From positions 102,661 through 166,660 of the forward strand of contig CAZWMG010000002.1 of the NCBI GenBank assembly GCA_964634945.1: a DNA stretch of 64,000 nucleotides, written 5' to 3'. Each line of letters opens with the position of its first letter. Position 1 is the first letter of the stretch. Below, one piece after another: positions 12,501-27,500 of the stretch. A program made the translations under genes and the position numbers. The notes beneath the pieces are model-generated. The model made no database searches. It had not been told where the DNA came from and saw only the letters and a list, made by a program, of their open reading frames with translations. Source of the DNA: an uncultured Planctomycetia bacterium (GTDB lineage Bacteria > Omnitrophota > Gorgyraeia > JABMRG01).

Positions 12501-15500
12501 AATAGCTAAGCGCACAGGTTCTCTAACAGCATTTAAGGAATTACTCGCAAATCTCCACTCAGGGATAATATTAAGAGCTATAGAGGAATCTTTCTCTCAG
12601 GGGCAAAGTTTAGATGAAAAACTAGAGGAGATAAGAAGGCTTATAAATAGCAGGCTGAGACAGCAAGAGCTTGTTGAAGAGATGCGGGATATTATAATAA
12701 GCGAAGAAAATGATAATAATAAGAAAAGAACGGAATATGAAAGAGAAGTTAGTAAATATCAGGCAGCGCTTTTAAGGCTAAAAGAGTCTATTGCGGGCTC
12801 ATCCGATAAACTAAATACTTTTCTTGAAACCATTGGGGCTGATAATTTAATACCTCAAGAACCAGATAAGCGCGCGGCATTACTGGAGGTTATAAATCAA
12901 CGTCTTATAAATGAACTGGCAAAATTCCAGACAGAACAACAGCGCTCAAGAAAACAGCTCGACCGCCTAGCGCATGATGCGCAGCAAGGAGTTGCCGGTG
13001 CATTTACACAATTCGATGCTGTTATCGCAAAGTCTACACAGGTAGCGCGTGATTTTAGTTCTAGGATTAACAGCAAGGACGGAATAAAAACATTTTTAAG
13101 CGTTATTCTTGCAGGGCAGGCAAAAGGTAAGGTTTCTGAGGCTAAGAAGCGTAAAGGCTTAACAATGCCCACAAAAGCATTGCCTGTTCTGGCTTCCATT
13201 CTGGCTGTATTAACAGGGCTTGTCTCGGTTTTATATAGCGTTGGAAGCATCAATACATTATTGTTGCCTTCTATTTTGGGGCTCTCTACTGTATTCCCAT
13301 TACTCTTTCCAATTATGGGCATAATCGCGGCGATGTTTTTGATCGTTAATATATACGTTCAACAAGGCTATGGCAAGAAGATAGGGGTTCTAGTCAAAGA
13401 ATCAGCCAAAGACTTTTTCAAGATTACAACAGGCACAAAGAGCATTGATACAGGTAGCCAGCTTGCTGACGCAAAGGCTTTCTGGGCCTCATTTGGAAAA
13501 TTTGCAGGTACAACATTATTGTTTCTGTTAGCAACCCCTGGACTTTGGTCAGGCGCCGGTATGTTAATAGCAGCGATTATAAACCCAGGTATAGTTATAT
13601 TTGGCTTACCTGTTATACCTTTAGCTTTTATAGTACTATGTTTTTCATTATTAGCAAACCTGACATTCCACCGTGTATTTAACAGCCAACTTGAGCGACA
13701 AAGGCATATAACACCTACCAGATTTCAAGCAGGCCTTAACGCCTTTGTGAGGGCTATTGCATTAGGCATAGGTATTTCATTTGCAATTCAAGTTGGCACA
13801 GGTGCTGTTTTGCTTACGCTTTTACCGATAACCGCTATTGTAATAACAGCCATAGTTTCATCTTTGGCTACAAAAAAACAAACAGGACGGTACTATAAAG
13901 AAAAGCTACCGGAATATATAGGTTGGGTTACAGGAGTTATCGGAATAGGGGTTGTGCTTTTACTTGCTAGCTGGATAGGTGCCGCTGCTGTAGCGGGAGT
14001 TGCAATGCCCGCATTACAGGTCGCATTGGCAGTTGTAGGTTTAGGGACAATATCTCTACAGTCTCTCAGTGCGGGCAAGGCCGCTAGTATCGCTGTTGGC
14101 AAAGTTAGTGATTCCTGGAAAAAGAAACAGGTATGGATAACGAGTTTTATCCAGAACCTCCTGCCCAATAACAGAACCATAATAATGTATTCTATGATGA
14201 TAGTAGCAATCCCTCTATTAGTAGGCGGCGCTGTTAATACGATTTTGGTTGTATTGGCAAGCGGAATAGCTATTTGGCTACTTAATAAATTTAATGTTTC
14301 AATAGGAAAGCGGTTAGGTCCTAAGTGGTCAAAGAGATTAGGTGGCGTATTTGGGCAAGCGATGATGTATTCAGCCGCGACAACACCGATTGTGCAATTT
14401 ACACAAATGGCTAATCAAATGGATGAAAGACAATACCGGCAAACACATATTACGCGGGTATCCGAAGCGATAAAACAAGGCCAAAAGAATTTTCAAGACA
14501 CGCTTGGAGAAATAGAAAATTATAGTCCCGATCAGCTCAAAGGGCTAAAGAACCTTACGAAGAATATAGAGGGGTTTGTAGATGGAATAATTACAGGTAA
14601 ACCTGCTCCAACAGCTGTACCTGATTTAACAAAGGAAAAAAAAGAGAAAAGAGAAAAGGTAGAGACAGCTGAAGTAGGAGAATCAAAAGAGGCACAGCCC
14701 CGCGCACCTGCATTTACTCAAACCCCACAAGTAAGAGAAGAAGCAGAAGCTGTAGCCAAAGCAGAAGAGGAAGCCAAAGCAGTAGCAGTGAAGAAAGCTA
14801 AGCTTCATGTCCACACAGTTAAAAAAGGTGACAGCTTATGGAGATTATCAATAAGGTATGCTAAAGGAGAGAGCAAGCTTTATCAATTGAGGTTATTCGC
14901 AGAGATTCTTAAAGTTAATAAGCAGTTTACTGATCCTCGCATTATACATCCCGGAGACAAAGTAACTATTCCGGTGTTAAGAGCTACAAAAATTGTACAA
15001 AAAACAAAACCACAGGTTTATGTAGTTAAAAAAGGTGACAGCTTATGGAGATTATCAATAAGGTATGCTAAAGGAGAGAGCAAGCTTTATCAATTGAGGT
15101 TATTCGCAGAGATTCTTAAAGTTAATAAGCAGTTTACTGATCCTCGCATTATACATCCCGGAGACAAAGTAACTATTCCGGTATTAACAGGTACAGTAGT
15201 TTTAGTTCCACCCCCACCGCAAGAAAAGGTAAAGGTAGAGTTAAAGGAGAAGGCAGTGGTTGCGGTACCTCTGCAGGATAAGAAAGAAGAGCAACCGGTA
15301 AAAGAAAGAGTGCAAGATACAAGCGTACAAGTTAAGGGTGATAAGGCCGCAGTTGCGGTGTTACCACAGAAACATAAAGAGATTAAGCCAAAAGTAGCTC
15401 AGCCCATAGCTAAAAAGAAGGATACTGCAGCGAAAGCAGCTGTTGGCAAGATTAGTGTTGCGCCTATAGTAGCAAAACCTATTTTACAAGAAACTGTAGA

Positions 15501-18500
15501 GAGGCCAAAGGCTGCAGAGCCTACAATATCCGCACCAGAATCTTTGCCTGTCAGACTCACAGCAGATAAGAGATTATTGCCCCCTGCTGAACCTTTGTTT
15601 CAATTAGCTATTCAAGAAAACTTTAAGCCTAATCCCAAAGATGGAACATTGAGTATCCCCGAAGGATTGTCAAATACGATTCCTGCTAAATATCTTGCTG
15701 ATATGATAGGCGCGCACTATTTCGAAATTCCCCCTAATGTTCAGGGATGGAAATATTTTGATACAGTTATAGAAAACGTTAATAAGCGGTATCCTAATTC
15801 TGTAAAGATAGAGACTCATCTTAATACACGTGATTACATAGGCTTGTTTTATGGCAAAAGAGTAAAGATTGTAAAGGGAGAAGAAACTGTAGAAGTCATT
15901 CAACCTGTGTTGCTGGATATTAAAGATGGTGAAGTCGATGTTACGCCATGGAAAGTGGGAGATGAAGTATCAAGGATTTTAGAGCATAAAGATACAGCTT
16001 TATTGGAGTTCGGTTTAGCTAAAAGATTTGGTGAACTTAGCGCGTTAGAATTTAAAGAGCGCTTGAAGAAGGCAGATGTACTAATAGATTATTATGTCAA
16101 TAATGTCCTAAAAACCAAAGGGGAAGTTGCTAAGGTTGTATTCCCGGGACATGGTGGAGAAAATTATGCAACGTCATATTTTGGCCAAAAAGTTGGCGAT
16201 ATCTTAACAGAAGGCCAGCCTGTAATAATGTCAGCACAGCTAGTACAGCAAGCATCTCAAATACAACAAGCACGCGTTGCTGGACAAGAGAAGAAAAAAG
16301 TTGAGGCAAGTATCCCTAAGAAGTTGCCTGATATTGTTATAGCAAAAAAAGCATCAAAAGCCCCGCCTGCGAAAGAAGCCTTCTTGCAAGAGACGAAGCC
16401 CGAACTTGTAGAGACAGAGGCGATCCCCGAAGCAGTAAGCCGACAGGATTTCGCAAGGCAATTAGAAGCATTAGAAGCTCTTATTGCGGCTAAAGAGGCA
16501 TTAACCCGGGCAGAGAGCAATATAGCAAGCATTCAGCTCAAAAGAGACGATCTGGCAAAGAGTTCATTAGGATTAACGCCTAGCATAGGTTTCTATTCCA
16601 ACAGAGTAAATGAAGTGCAAGGCAGCATAGAAGAGTTGGATTTAAAACTTGCTGCAGATAAGGCAGGAGAAGAACAAGGTAAGCTTACGGTTCAGCGTAG
16701 TGCATTATCAAGGCTTGTTGTAACATTAAGAAACACCTTATTAGCAGGTGAGGTCAGGGCAGGAGACATAAAGGAAGAAGCCGGCAAATTAACGATGAGA
16801 ATAGCGCAGGCCAAATCAGCGGTAGGAGAGAAAAGGGCATATGTGCAATCCGTTCTTGCTCAGGCAGAAGATGCTGGATTAAAAATAAGCGCATCGGATA
16901 GTACTGAAAATTTAAGATCCAGGTTAGACTCATTGAAAGAGCAGGTCCCATTTTCCGCCCTGTTAGTTAGGAAGATTCTTGAATGGATTAGTGGTATTCG
17001 CGAGTGGATAATACAGATATTGATAGAATTTAATATCATAGAAGGCCAAAAAATCTATGGACAGAAAATTCTGCGGAAGAAATCTCCTCCTGCATTCTTT
17101 TCGCCGGTGAGAAAAGCCGCGCAAAAGAGTTTAACAGAGGTTCCCATGCTGCCTCAGATCGGAGATAAGAGGCAGATAATAGACTATGATAATATGACGC
17201 GTGAGCTGGCGTCTATTATATTGCAAAAGGAGGAGAGCCTGCAGGGACGAGGACTTATTACCCAGGTTTACTTGAAGAAAATAATAGAAGATTTTGCCGG
17301 AAAGAGGTCTTTATCAGAAAAAGAAGAGGCCAGGCTCGCGGAGAAGACATTAAGCTATCTTTCAGATGTTTTAAATATAAGAATATTAGACTTAAAAACA
17401 AGAGCTCTTGAAGAGACAAATCCTGACACAGCATTAGCACTGCTTAATGGGCCGCTACAATCTACGAAGAGGCAGCTGCAGATAGTAAGAAATACTATGC
17501 GTGAATATAAGGGGCAAGTTATTAGGTCTGAAAACCGCTCTTATGTTTCAAAGGGTATCGAAGATGCGTTAATGGCAGCTGAAAAGAGATTAAATGGGAT
17601 ACTTAAGAAAGATATAACACTGGGACAATCACAGCAATTAGCTGTTTTAAGCCGTGTATTGAAGGGGGCTAAAGAGGACAAGACGCCTATTACATTAGGT
17701 TACCTGAAGTCGAAGGTGGATGAGGTATTAAAGAGTAAAGAGGTAAAAGATGAGAAGGCCTTGTTGATATCTGTATTAGCAGATGTTAAAGGCATGCCTT
17801 CTCTTGCTGAACTTGAGATGATATATGAGCTTCTTGCCATGATCAATAAAGAGAGGGCAGAAGAGCTCTTGCTTGAGCAGGCTATAGATAAGAGAGCTAT
17901 TGAGGTCATATTTAAGGAAGAGACATTCGGACTTTATAATAAGCCTGGAAGCGTTTTTGAGAGCATTTATAAAATGGCACAGGCCTATACAGAAAGCCTG
18001 CAAGAACTTTATATACCAAGGCCGGAAAGAACTGTGAATTTAAAAGCGGCAATGGATAGACTCAATAAAACAAAAGAAGCGCTTGAATTGGCCTTAAATG
18101 GCAATAGCTGGGGTATGCTTCTTGATGCGCGCTTTTATATGGATATGGATTACCAGAGCGACCTGCTTGCCTCAGGAGAGACAGCAGGCGAATATGGGAA
18201 TGTCTTTGGCGTAAATACAGGACTGCTTATAAAGTTTTCAATAGAATCGAAGAGAATAGCTCCGAAACTGGTAGTAGACTATTTGAATGCATTGAATAAC
18301 ATGAAAGCGATAGAGCAGGTATCCAGGTTTGAGGAGATGGCGCCTTCTCTTTATATTAAGGCAATCGCGGATAGTATACAGTCAAGAGCCAAGGCTACAA
18401 GCGTGGAATTATCTGCGTTAAAAGGCACAGGTTCTACGGCACTCAATAAGCTTTTTAAATTAAAGGAAAGCGCACTGAATGCTAAAGCGCAGGGACTCGA

Positions 18501-21500
18501 GGCGCTAAGGGCATCTGATTACGAAAAACTCAATATAGATGAATTATTTAAAATAGGCTCACCAGAGATCTTGTACGAATTCTTATCTGGTGAATTGATA
18601 AGTGCAGCAAAGACGCAGGAAGACGGTGGCTTGTGGACAGCCGGCGCAAGCAAGCCGGAGAAGAGGTTTTTAGAAGGAGCATGGTTTGCCCTGAATCTTG
18701 GTGTTGTGGATATTGCGAAAACTGACGCGGAAATAGACTGGCTCGCTTTTATAAGAACATCCATTCCTATATATGATAGTTCTGAGGAACATTATTTGAA
18801 TCTTAAAGATAATGAGAGAAAGAGGCTTGTTGAGACGGTTAATATGGACATAGCCAAACTTCAGAATTACCTCTCCTTAATTGAGAATAATATAAATTTA
18901 TATGAGAAAGAATTTAATAGAGCTAACAGCAGACTAATTCCGGATGGCGTAGATAAGACGCTGCAATCACTTACTTATCTCAATGAAATGCCTGTTGCCA
19001 TGGCAAGGACCCGCGAGTTGTGGGCAGGTTATAAATATAACGGCAAAGAGTACCAGGGCCTTTTGAAGGCATTAGCCCAAAAAGCCATATTATCGTCAAG
19101 AATAGAAGAATTGAAGAAAACAAGAACCAGGATAGACAGCTTGTATAAAGATCCCACCAAAGAAGATAAGCAGTACGCGGAGGATAAGAAAGATGAGTTT
19201 GGAGATAAAATAGAAGAGCTGGATTCCAGGATTGAAAAAGCTGCAAACATTACTCAATTAAATAGCATAGCAGAGGCTGTTAGGGCACTGCCTAGTCAGT
19301 ACAGAGCATACTTTTATGATGATTTAAATTCCGTTGATGAGCATATTAGCAAATTGCTGGATGCTGTTCAAGGCAGAGCCATATTTCTTGTTGAGAATGA
19401 TATGCCTATAGCGGTTACATTACGCGCCGATGGGAGTAAGTTTTTTAAACTTATGCGTTACAGTGCCATGTCGCCTAAAGAACAGGTTAAACTCTTTAAT
19501 ACCTGGAAAGAGGCCATCGATGAGAGATTGAAAAATATGGCATCACCAGGCAAGGAGAGCCTTAAAGAGTTCCGTGCGTGCCTTTATTCCGCATTACCAA
19601 TAGGAAGTATGCAGATATCATTCGTAGGTGAGTGCGATAGTATAGTAATCAGGGCCAAGTCCTCAAAGACACTTTCACAGCTTACAGATGTCGCCAAAGT
19701 GTTTAATAAGCTTAAGCAGGATATGCTTAAGGTGGTAAAGGGCCATAACACGCGCGAGATATTAGAGAAGATAGATGTTGTCTACCGCATTATACATGAG
19801 CGCGGCATAACTTTATTAAATAATAGGCCATTATCAGAGGATACCTACAAGACTCTGGATAGCTTATTTGCTATTCTGCCTGAGCAGATATTCTCTCCAA
19901 AACAGAGGGCCGAACTTTATGAGAGATGGGTACAGGCATTGGATAGCGCGTCCAGGCTTGCAAGAGAAGAAAGAGCCGCATCTTCTATTATATCAAATAT
20001 AGACGATATTAAAAAGAAGCTGAACCAGCGCCTGAACAAGGTCTTTATAGTTATTCTGAAACAGAAGAAGTTTAATGAAGATATAGCTAAGGACATAAGA
20101 AGCAGGCTCCAGTCAGCTGATACATTAAAGGGATTATCTGAGATATTAAATGAAATAAATAAAGCGGAATCAGAATATAAGCGCTATTTTGTACGCGACA
20201 TAATATATTTCTCAGGCGCTATAAAAGAGTTTCGCCAAAGAATAGAGGCGGCGGCATTAGAGATGACAGCGCGTATACCTTTGGCTGAAGATTCTGTTTC
20301 CGATATATCTACGATAATATCTGCCATGGGCTATGAGAAGATGCCGCGTGAATTGCAGAATGAATCGCTTATCAAATGGCATGAAGTGATACTTAAGGCA
20401 ATAGAGGGCCATGATAATTTAAAAGGAGTAAAGACTGATATTGAAGCGAAATTACCAACAGCAAGAAGTGCTGGTCATTGGTTAGGATTAGTACCAAAGA
20501 ACCAATACTCTGATTGGGAGCTCTTAGAACATATTAGGATATCCGCGAAAGATAAAGATTACACAGAAGAAGTTTTGCTAAGCGCGCTTCTTAATGAGTT
20601 AAACGCAAGATTCATGCTCATTGTCCCATCCGTAATAGCGCAGAATGACAGGCCAATAGACATGCAGCTGCAGATTGCGTTCGAAAGATTCTGTAATTCT
20701 ATCCCGTCAGATGAATTAAATCCCTACAAGGTAAGAGAACTCAGACAGGAGCTGTTTAGAGCTTTGCTCAAAATAGCTAAGCAGGACAGTTCAATAGAAG
20801 AGTTGGCAAGCAGCACTTTTGAGAGCATGTCTGCGCTGGCTTCAAAAAAAGATAATAAGTATGTTTCATCAGAAGATGTTATATTGCGCGTTGCAAGAAA
20901 AGCGCCTCAAGATTCAAAGAGCACAACGCATTTAAAGAGTATGATCAGCAGCATAAACAAGAATCTCGCACTGACAGAGATTCAAGCTTCGCGGGCAGAT
21001 GCCTTAAAAGGCTTAGAAGGCAGTATTGCGGATATTGAGAAGAGATCAAAGAGGCTTGCAGAGTCAATTAATAAAGCCATTGTAGGCACACAAGACAAAA
21101 TAGGGGTTATTACTACGGATTCTGACATAGAAACATTGGTCAAAGGAGAATATGTAAATAGTATATTAAGAGAGATAATAGTTATTAATAAGAATATAAG
21201 AGCGCTCTCTATCGTAAGCGTAAAAGCTGATTCAGATTATTCTTCGTATGTAACAGGCCTTTCAGGAAGGGCCGCACATTTAAAATGGCTCTTAAAGCAG
21301 AATTTAAAGGTAGCAGTAGTAAATAATAAGAATGCCTCAGCGCAGGATAAGATAAGGGGCCTCTCATTCCTTACAAACAATTTATATAACACCAGCCTGG
21401 CTTATAACTCTTCTGATATAAAAAGCATGTATGATAGCCTATCCAAAGCTGGTAAAGAACAGGCGTATCTAAGGCAGGTTTATAATACAGCTATAGACAA

Positions 21501-24500
21501 GAGGGGAAGGTATGTGCGCTCCCTTATAGGCGGCGCAGGTTCCCCCACGGGCCTAATAGATTCATTAAAAAGAGGAGATTTCAGATACAATATAAAAGAA
21601 TCTGAAGATATACTTATAGCGCTCCTTAAAGAGGCTAGGGATAATAGTTACTATACTGCAGGCACTATCAATAATATAGGGCAACAGATAAATCAAGCGC
21701 TTACAATAGCTAAGGATGATACCAAAAAAGCGGTTGGTGATTTTAGCACTGTTTTAGAGAAGCATATATCAAACCAAGGTACACGTATCACCTCAGAACA
21801 TAGTGAGGCAAACATATTGGCAGCGTGGAACATTATAGAGTCCTATATGCTTAATGCGCTTAATATTCTTCCCCCGGGCGCTGAAAGGGATAATATCGTT
21901 AGTAGTACATGGAGCGCGCATGAATATTTAAAGGATACCCTAGAGAGCAGGAGAAGCCGGCAGAAGAGTTTTGATGCATCTTATTTTGAACTATCACGCA
22001 GGCTGGATTATATTGATATAAAAACAAACAGCACTGATGAGATATTTGGTATTATCGGTGAGTTGAAAACCCTTGATATTGAGTTTTCCCCTTATTTTAG
22101 AGGTGATGTAGATAAAGATAATGATTTTGAAGCTAAGGTAAGGCAGATTTATGGTACAGCCCATATGATGTCACTTGATATGATAGCATCAACTGCGAAA
22201 TTATCAGAAGACAGAGAGGATAATAAGAAACTAATAAATGATATAAATAGAGTTATAGGCCTAGTGGGTAACCTTAAAGATAGCAGAGAAAAGGCTATCG
22301 CCCTGGATAGGCGCAATAAGTTAAATCTTACGCTTATAAATATTATGCTAAATACTGGGGATGCGTTGAGTGATAAGGCTGAAGAGGTGATAGAGACTAA
22401 CAAAGGCCTTGATAGCGAGGCTCTTGTTATTAAGATAAAAGAGGCCCTAATCGCAGATAGCAGAAGTCAGGAGCTGCTCTGGCAGGAATGGATACATATT
22501 ATAAATTTACTAACAGATGCAATTGATAAGGGGTTCCCTCTCCCTCCCGCACAGGCACTTGCAGCAGATGCAACCAGACCTAAGGCTGAACGCTTCAAGG
22601 ACGCGTTAGGACTTACATCCAGCAATATATCTGTTTCAAGGAAGGAGATTGCAAGGCTTGGTGTAGAAGAGGCCAGGATACGCGAACGAATGCTTGAAAA
22701 TACCAGATGGCGCTTCAGTTTTGAAGGCAGTATAGGAACAGAACTTATAGACTTTTATCTTAAGACAACCATAAATATATCTACGGATGCGGATGAGAAA
22801 TACGCGGCACTTGCAACCAGGTTTAATGAATTGAAACATAAAATAGCTATAAGGCAATCGAATTATATGGGCGCAAGATTGATTATGGAGTATATATTAG
22901 CAAAACGTGATTTTGTAAACATCCAATCAACTATAGGCTTGTTAAGGGATGAGTTAAAGACAGCGCCGCAGCATAAGAGAGAATCTATAAGTGTTGAATT
23001 AAGAGGGCTGCAAAAAGCCTATAACCACGCGGAAGCGGTTTTATCAGACTTGACAAGGCCCGGTGCGATACCTGCCGAAGCGCTTGATTCCTTAGGTAGT
23101 ATGAATATCGATTATACGTCATTAGACGCGGATAAGCTTAGCAAGCTCAGCGGATTATTAGAGGAAGGCCTTAGCGCGGTTAATAAAGCCAGCGGAGTAA
23201 ATGATATCAGTACATACCAGATGGCATCATTAATAACAGAGCTGGCACAAGTAGGCATAGAGAAGGTAGAGGAACATAAAGATGGTATAACCATATATTT
23301 GGGTAACAACATAATCGGTTCAGCTGCCAGAACGCTCTTTCCGATAATATTTGGAATGTTCAGCGGACCGGATAAGTCCATGCTTGCCGAGGCAAATGTG
23401 CAGTATATACAGAGCTTAAAAGAGATGTTCTCCTCGCAAGAAGAGAGAGCCAGCAGGCAGCAGAGGCTAAAGCAAGTATATGGCCGCAGTATACTCAACC
23501 GCGGAATAGCCCAAGCCCAATATGAATTAAGCCAGGCAAAGACGGTTGAAGAAAGATACATAAGAGAAAAAGCAGTAAACATGGCATTAAAAGAATATCT
23601 GCGCGTGCGTATAGATATGAGTATGATGGATATACAGCCGGATACCCCTGAAAAAGATGATGAAAAGATAGCTAATATAATAGCCTCGTTGAAGGAGAAT
23701 AAGGGTAAGAGGCAGGATATATATAATCAGGCTCGAACAGAAGGAAAGCCTGATAAGAATAAGCTTTTCTTAGCAGAAGAAGGATTTAAGAATGCGATAG
23801 CGCAGATATTGATTCCCGATAACTTACCTACTACAGGCCAATACTATGCTTACGCGGATTGGTTAAGAGGCGATGTTGCCCGCATGGTAAGCAGATTTTA
23901 TCGCTCAGGAGAGGTCCTTACTGTTATATATGACGGCGGCCTGTTTACTGACCAGCAGGTTATTACCACAATAATGGAGATGCGTAATTATAGCACAAGG
24001 TATTCTGTTACAAGCGGCGATAAGCTTGATCAGCATGGCCAGTTGGCACAAGGCCTGCGCAGATTTGATATTACAGATAAGGTTTCATTAGAATATAATA
24101 TACAGCTTGCACTGGCGACATCGAGTTGGGGCACGAGTGTAGATAGTGACTCACTTCGTACAGAGATGGGGATAAATCTTCTGGTTGAAAGAGAGGGTTA
24201 CACATTGACTCTTCCTGTAGACTTGTCTATTGATGAAGATGGCAGGGCAGTCTATACGCTTGGAGCCGGTGTAAGGACAGACGGCGGCTTTGAGGCTATG
24301 GCAGGGATAATAATGGATTCTGATGACAAGATGAGATGGTGGGCAAACCTGAGCAAGATGTATGACAAGGTTATGATAGCCTTTACGTATACAGATTCTA
24401 GGCTGAATATGCGTACATACTATAGCCCTGTTTCATATCTTACAATAAGCCCTGAGATAGGCCATGATTTCGATACAGGAGAGACTTCCGCAAGGATGGG

Positions 24501-27500
24501 GTTTGGTGTGAATTATGAGGGCATGATAAGCTGTACTGTTGAGCCGGTGTATAGCAAAGACAGTGGCACAGCGGTTCCTGTAACAGTATCCGGCCGCACT
24601 GATTTTGGCACAACAGCACAGGCGACATATAGTGATGGCGGGGTCTTTACTATTAACCAGATTTTATCTAACGGTTTTGAGGTAGGCACAGGTTATGAAC
24701 ATGTAGACGGCTCAAAAGGTATTTCCAGAACATTTGCAAGCTGGACACCTGCTTCGCCTATGCCGGGCCTTGGTGTTGCGCCGAGCGTTGAGGTCTTTGC
24801 AGAACCGGGTGATTCCTATACCTATGGAGCGGGTTTAAATGCGGTTATGCCGGGAGGAAGTTCAGGAGAGCTATATGTTGCAAAAGAGCAGGAAGGCGTA
24901 TCCGCGAGATTACGCCTTGAGTGGGACATATTAGATTTGGGAGGATTTCTATCTCAAGGGCAGCAAAGACAAGCAATTAATTTTTCACCATTTTCTGATG
25001 CTACTTTTATAAACCCTAAAACCATAGCAGTGCCTGAAAATAACATAACTTCTAGCGCTTTCGCAATAGATCTTACTTATACGCAGAACCTTACAGCGAA
25101 TATAAAAGCAAGGTGGGAGAAGGAACAGGCACGCGATAAGCTTTTCTGGGAGGATAAAGGAGTAGGCGCAGAGTGGCTTAAGGAATTAGACAGTTTAAAC
25201 AGCCTGCTTGAAGAATACCGCCTTCTTACTGAGAAGATGCAGGCCGCAAGGAAAGAAGGCGCCGCTGCCAGGGCAAAATGGTCAGCCTTAGCAAAGCAGA
25301 CAGAACGCAGTATTGTGCTCTTACAAGAGATAAATGAAAAATTGGATAAGCTCCATGTTATATTCGCGGAAAAAGCTAAGATAGAGGATAAGATAAAGAA
25401 GTATGCTGAGGAATACGCTAAAGATATCGATGCCATCACAGCTCTACGTAAAGATATTGAGATGATGATTACGCAACAGGAGAAAGAGCTTGCTGAATAT
25501 AATGCCGTAGAGAGTGAAGCAGGTACTGTTATCCTATTATTTAATAATCAGGTTAATGATATAGCATCTTCCTGGATATCGGCTGAGGATGCCTCTATTT
25601 CAGGATGGAAAGCCCTTTATGGCAGCATTGAGTCAGATGTCAATACTTATCAGTCAGAGATATCCCGCGCAAGAAGGTTATGGGATAATCTAAGTGAGGG
25701 TGAGAAGAAAGATTTAAAAGAGGTGGTTAATGAGGAGAAGAGCCTTTTAATGGGCAGAGACTATTTTGGCTATACAACAAAACCGGATAATGAGGCAGAG
25801 TACTGGGCACAGATTATTGTGGCAGCTAGAGAGAATAATGAGGATCTCTCTTCATGGGTCAAGAAGAGGTTAGAGGCGTATGATTCCTTATCGAAAAAGA
25901 CCCAGCTTGCAACATATCTTCAGGAGAGCAATATAAAGGGTGGTTATTGGGAAAATAATAACAGCATTATGATATTCTGGGCAGAACTCTGGCTAAATAA
26001 CAGCTATGGCGAAAAATGGGTTACGCAGGAACTTGCTGACAGGATATCCTTTAAGACAATGTTCGAGAATTTCTATGAGGTGAAGTTTGATTCGTATAAT
26101 CCACAGCATGAAGAGGCCCTTATGCTCTTTACGGGAATGGCAAGGTTTGGCAACAAGGAACTTAAGGTGATACAGGAATTAGCCAATCTTGCGGCTGAGA
26201 ATAGAGAGTTTATAGAGGCTGTATGCGGCAAAAAAGATCCTCTAAATTATCCCCAGGATTTACAAGCTCTTCTTGAATGGGGCGCTTATATAAAAGTTGC
26301 TATGGATAATGGTTATGATCCCGCGGCATTTCTACAGCTTATTACATTTCTTAAGCCATATTACGCGGATATGCTGATAGCAAAAGGTATTATCAAAGCG
26401 CGCGATGAAATAGACGCCTTACTAAAGAGTCCTGCTAATGAGCACAGCCTGAAACTTCAAAAGTATTTAGCTCAGATAATGGATTCCGGTATCGTATCTG
26501 GCTCAACCTATACCAAAGAATTTATGCAGGAGTACCTAAATTCTCAGGTTGAACATGACGCTAAGATAAAGAGTCTTATAGGAGATGATATACTTGAAAA
26601 CTCAGAGAGCGTTGGCAAATATTTCGGAGTACTCTCTGCTGTACAGGATAACTGGGTGCAGGCAGGAAAGCCCAATATAAAGGGAAGAATAGGTATCGCG
26701 CTCGATTCGATGATAAAGTTAGCAGGTATTGCCAGGGCAGATACTACAATAAATGACAGGCTATTTGACGGTAAATTAGATATCAGTAACTCGAAACATC
26801 TTAGTAAGTTATTGTATTTTGCTCTTTATGATATAGGTGTAATGACTCATGAGATAACTGTTAGCGGTGAAGAGCTTATGCGTAACACAGCACATCTTTC
26901 AGATCCTGTAAGAAAGTTTCTCGGGCTTGATAAATTGTCAGAGGCGGATGCTGATACATTATTCTATTGGGCGTACGCGGCTATTAAACTCAAATCACAA
27001 GGCAGGGAGAACACTCTGGAACTGGTAAAGACAGCCTTAGATACTATGCACGATGCAAAGGAGCTGGTTGAGAAACTCGCGCCAAGTCAGGGTATATTAA
27101 CAATACAGCAGCTTCGAAATGTTAAGATAAGCCCTGAAGATGGACTTGGATACCAGGCATCACGCATTATGTATGAGGAGGCTGCATCGAAAGAGTCTGT
27201 TATTAAGGAGCTTGAGACAGATGTTAAGATGCATGAATCTCTAACAGAAGTCTTTGATGACGCTGATATTACTAATCCTCAATATCGTATATATCTTACA
27301 GGTTTATCGAAAGCAGAATCAGAAGCAAAATCCAAAGGTAAAATATTCGACGCAGCAGTATTTGCTAAAAAGATGCAATCTATTGCCGGTATGGACGCGT
27401 TTCAGAGCCTGATAGGCAATAGGAAAATAGGCATTGGTGATATTGTTGACGGGGTACCGAGCGCTCAGCTTAGGATTTTGGAGAAAATTACCGAAGTCTC

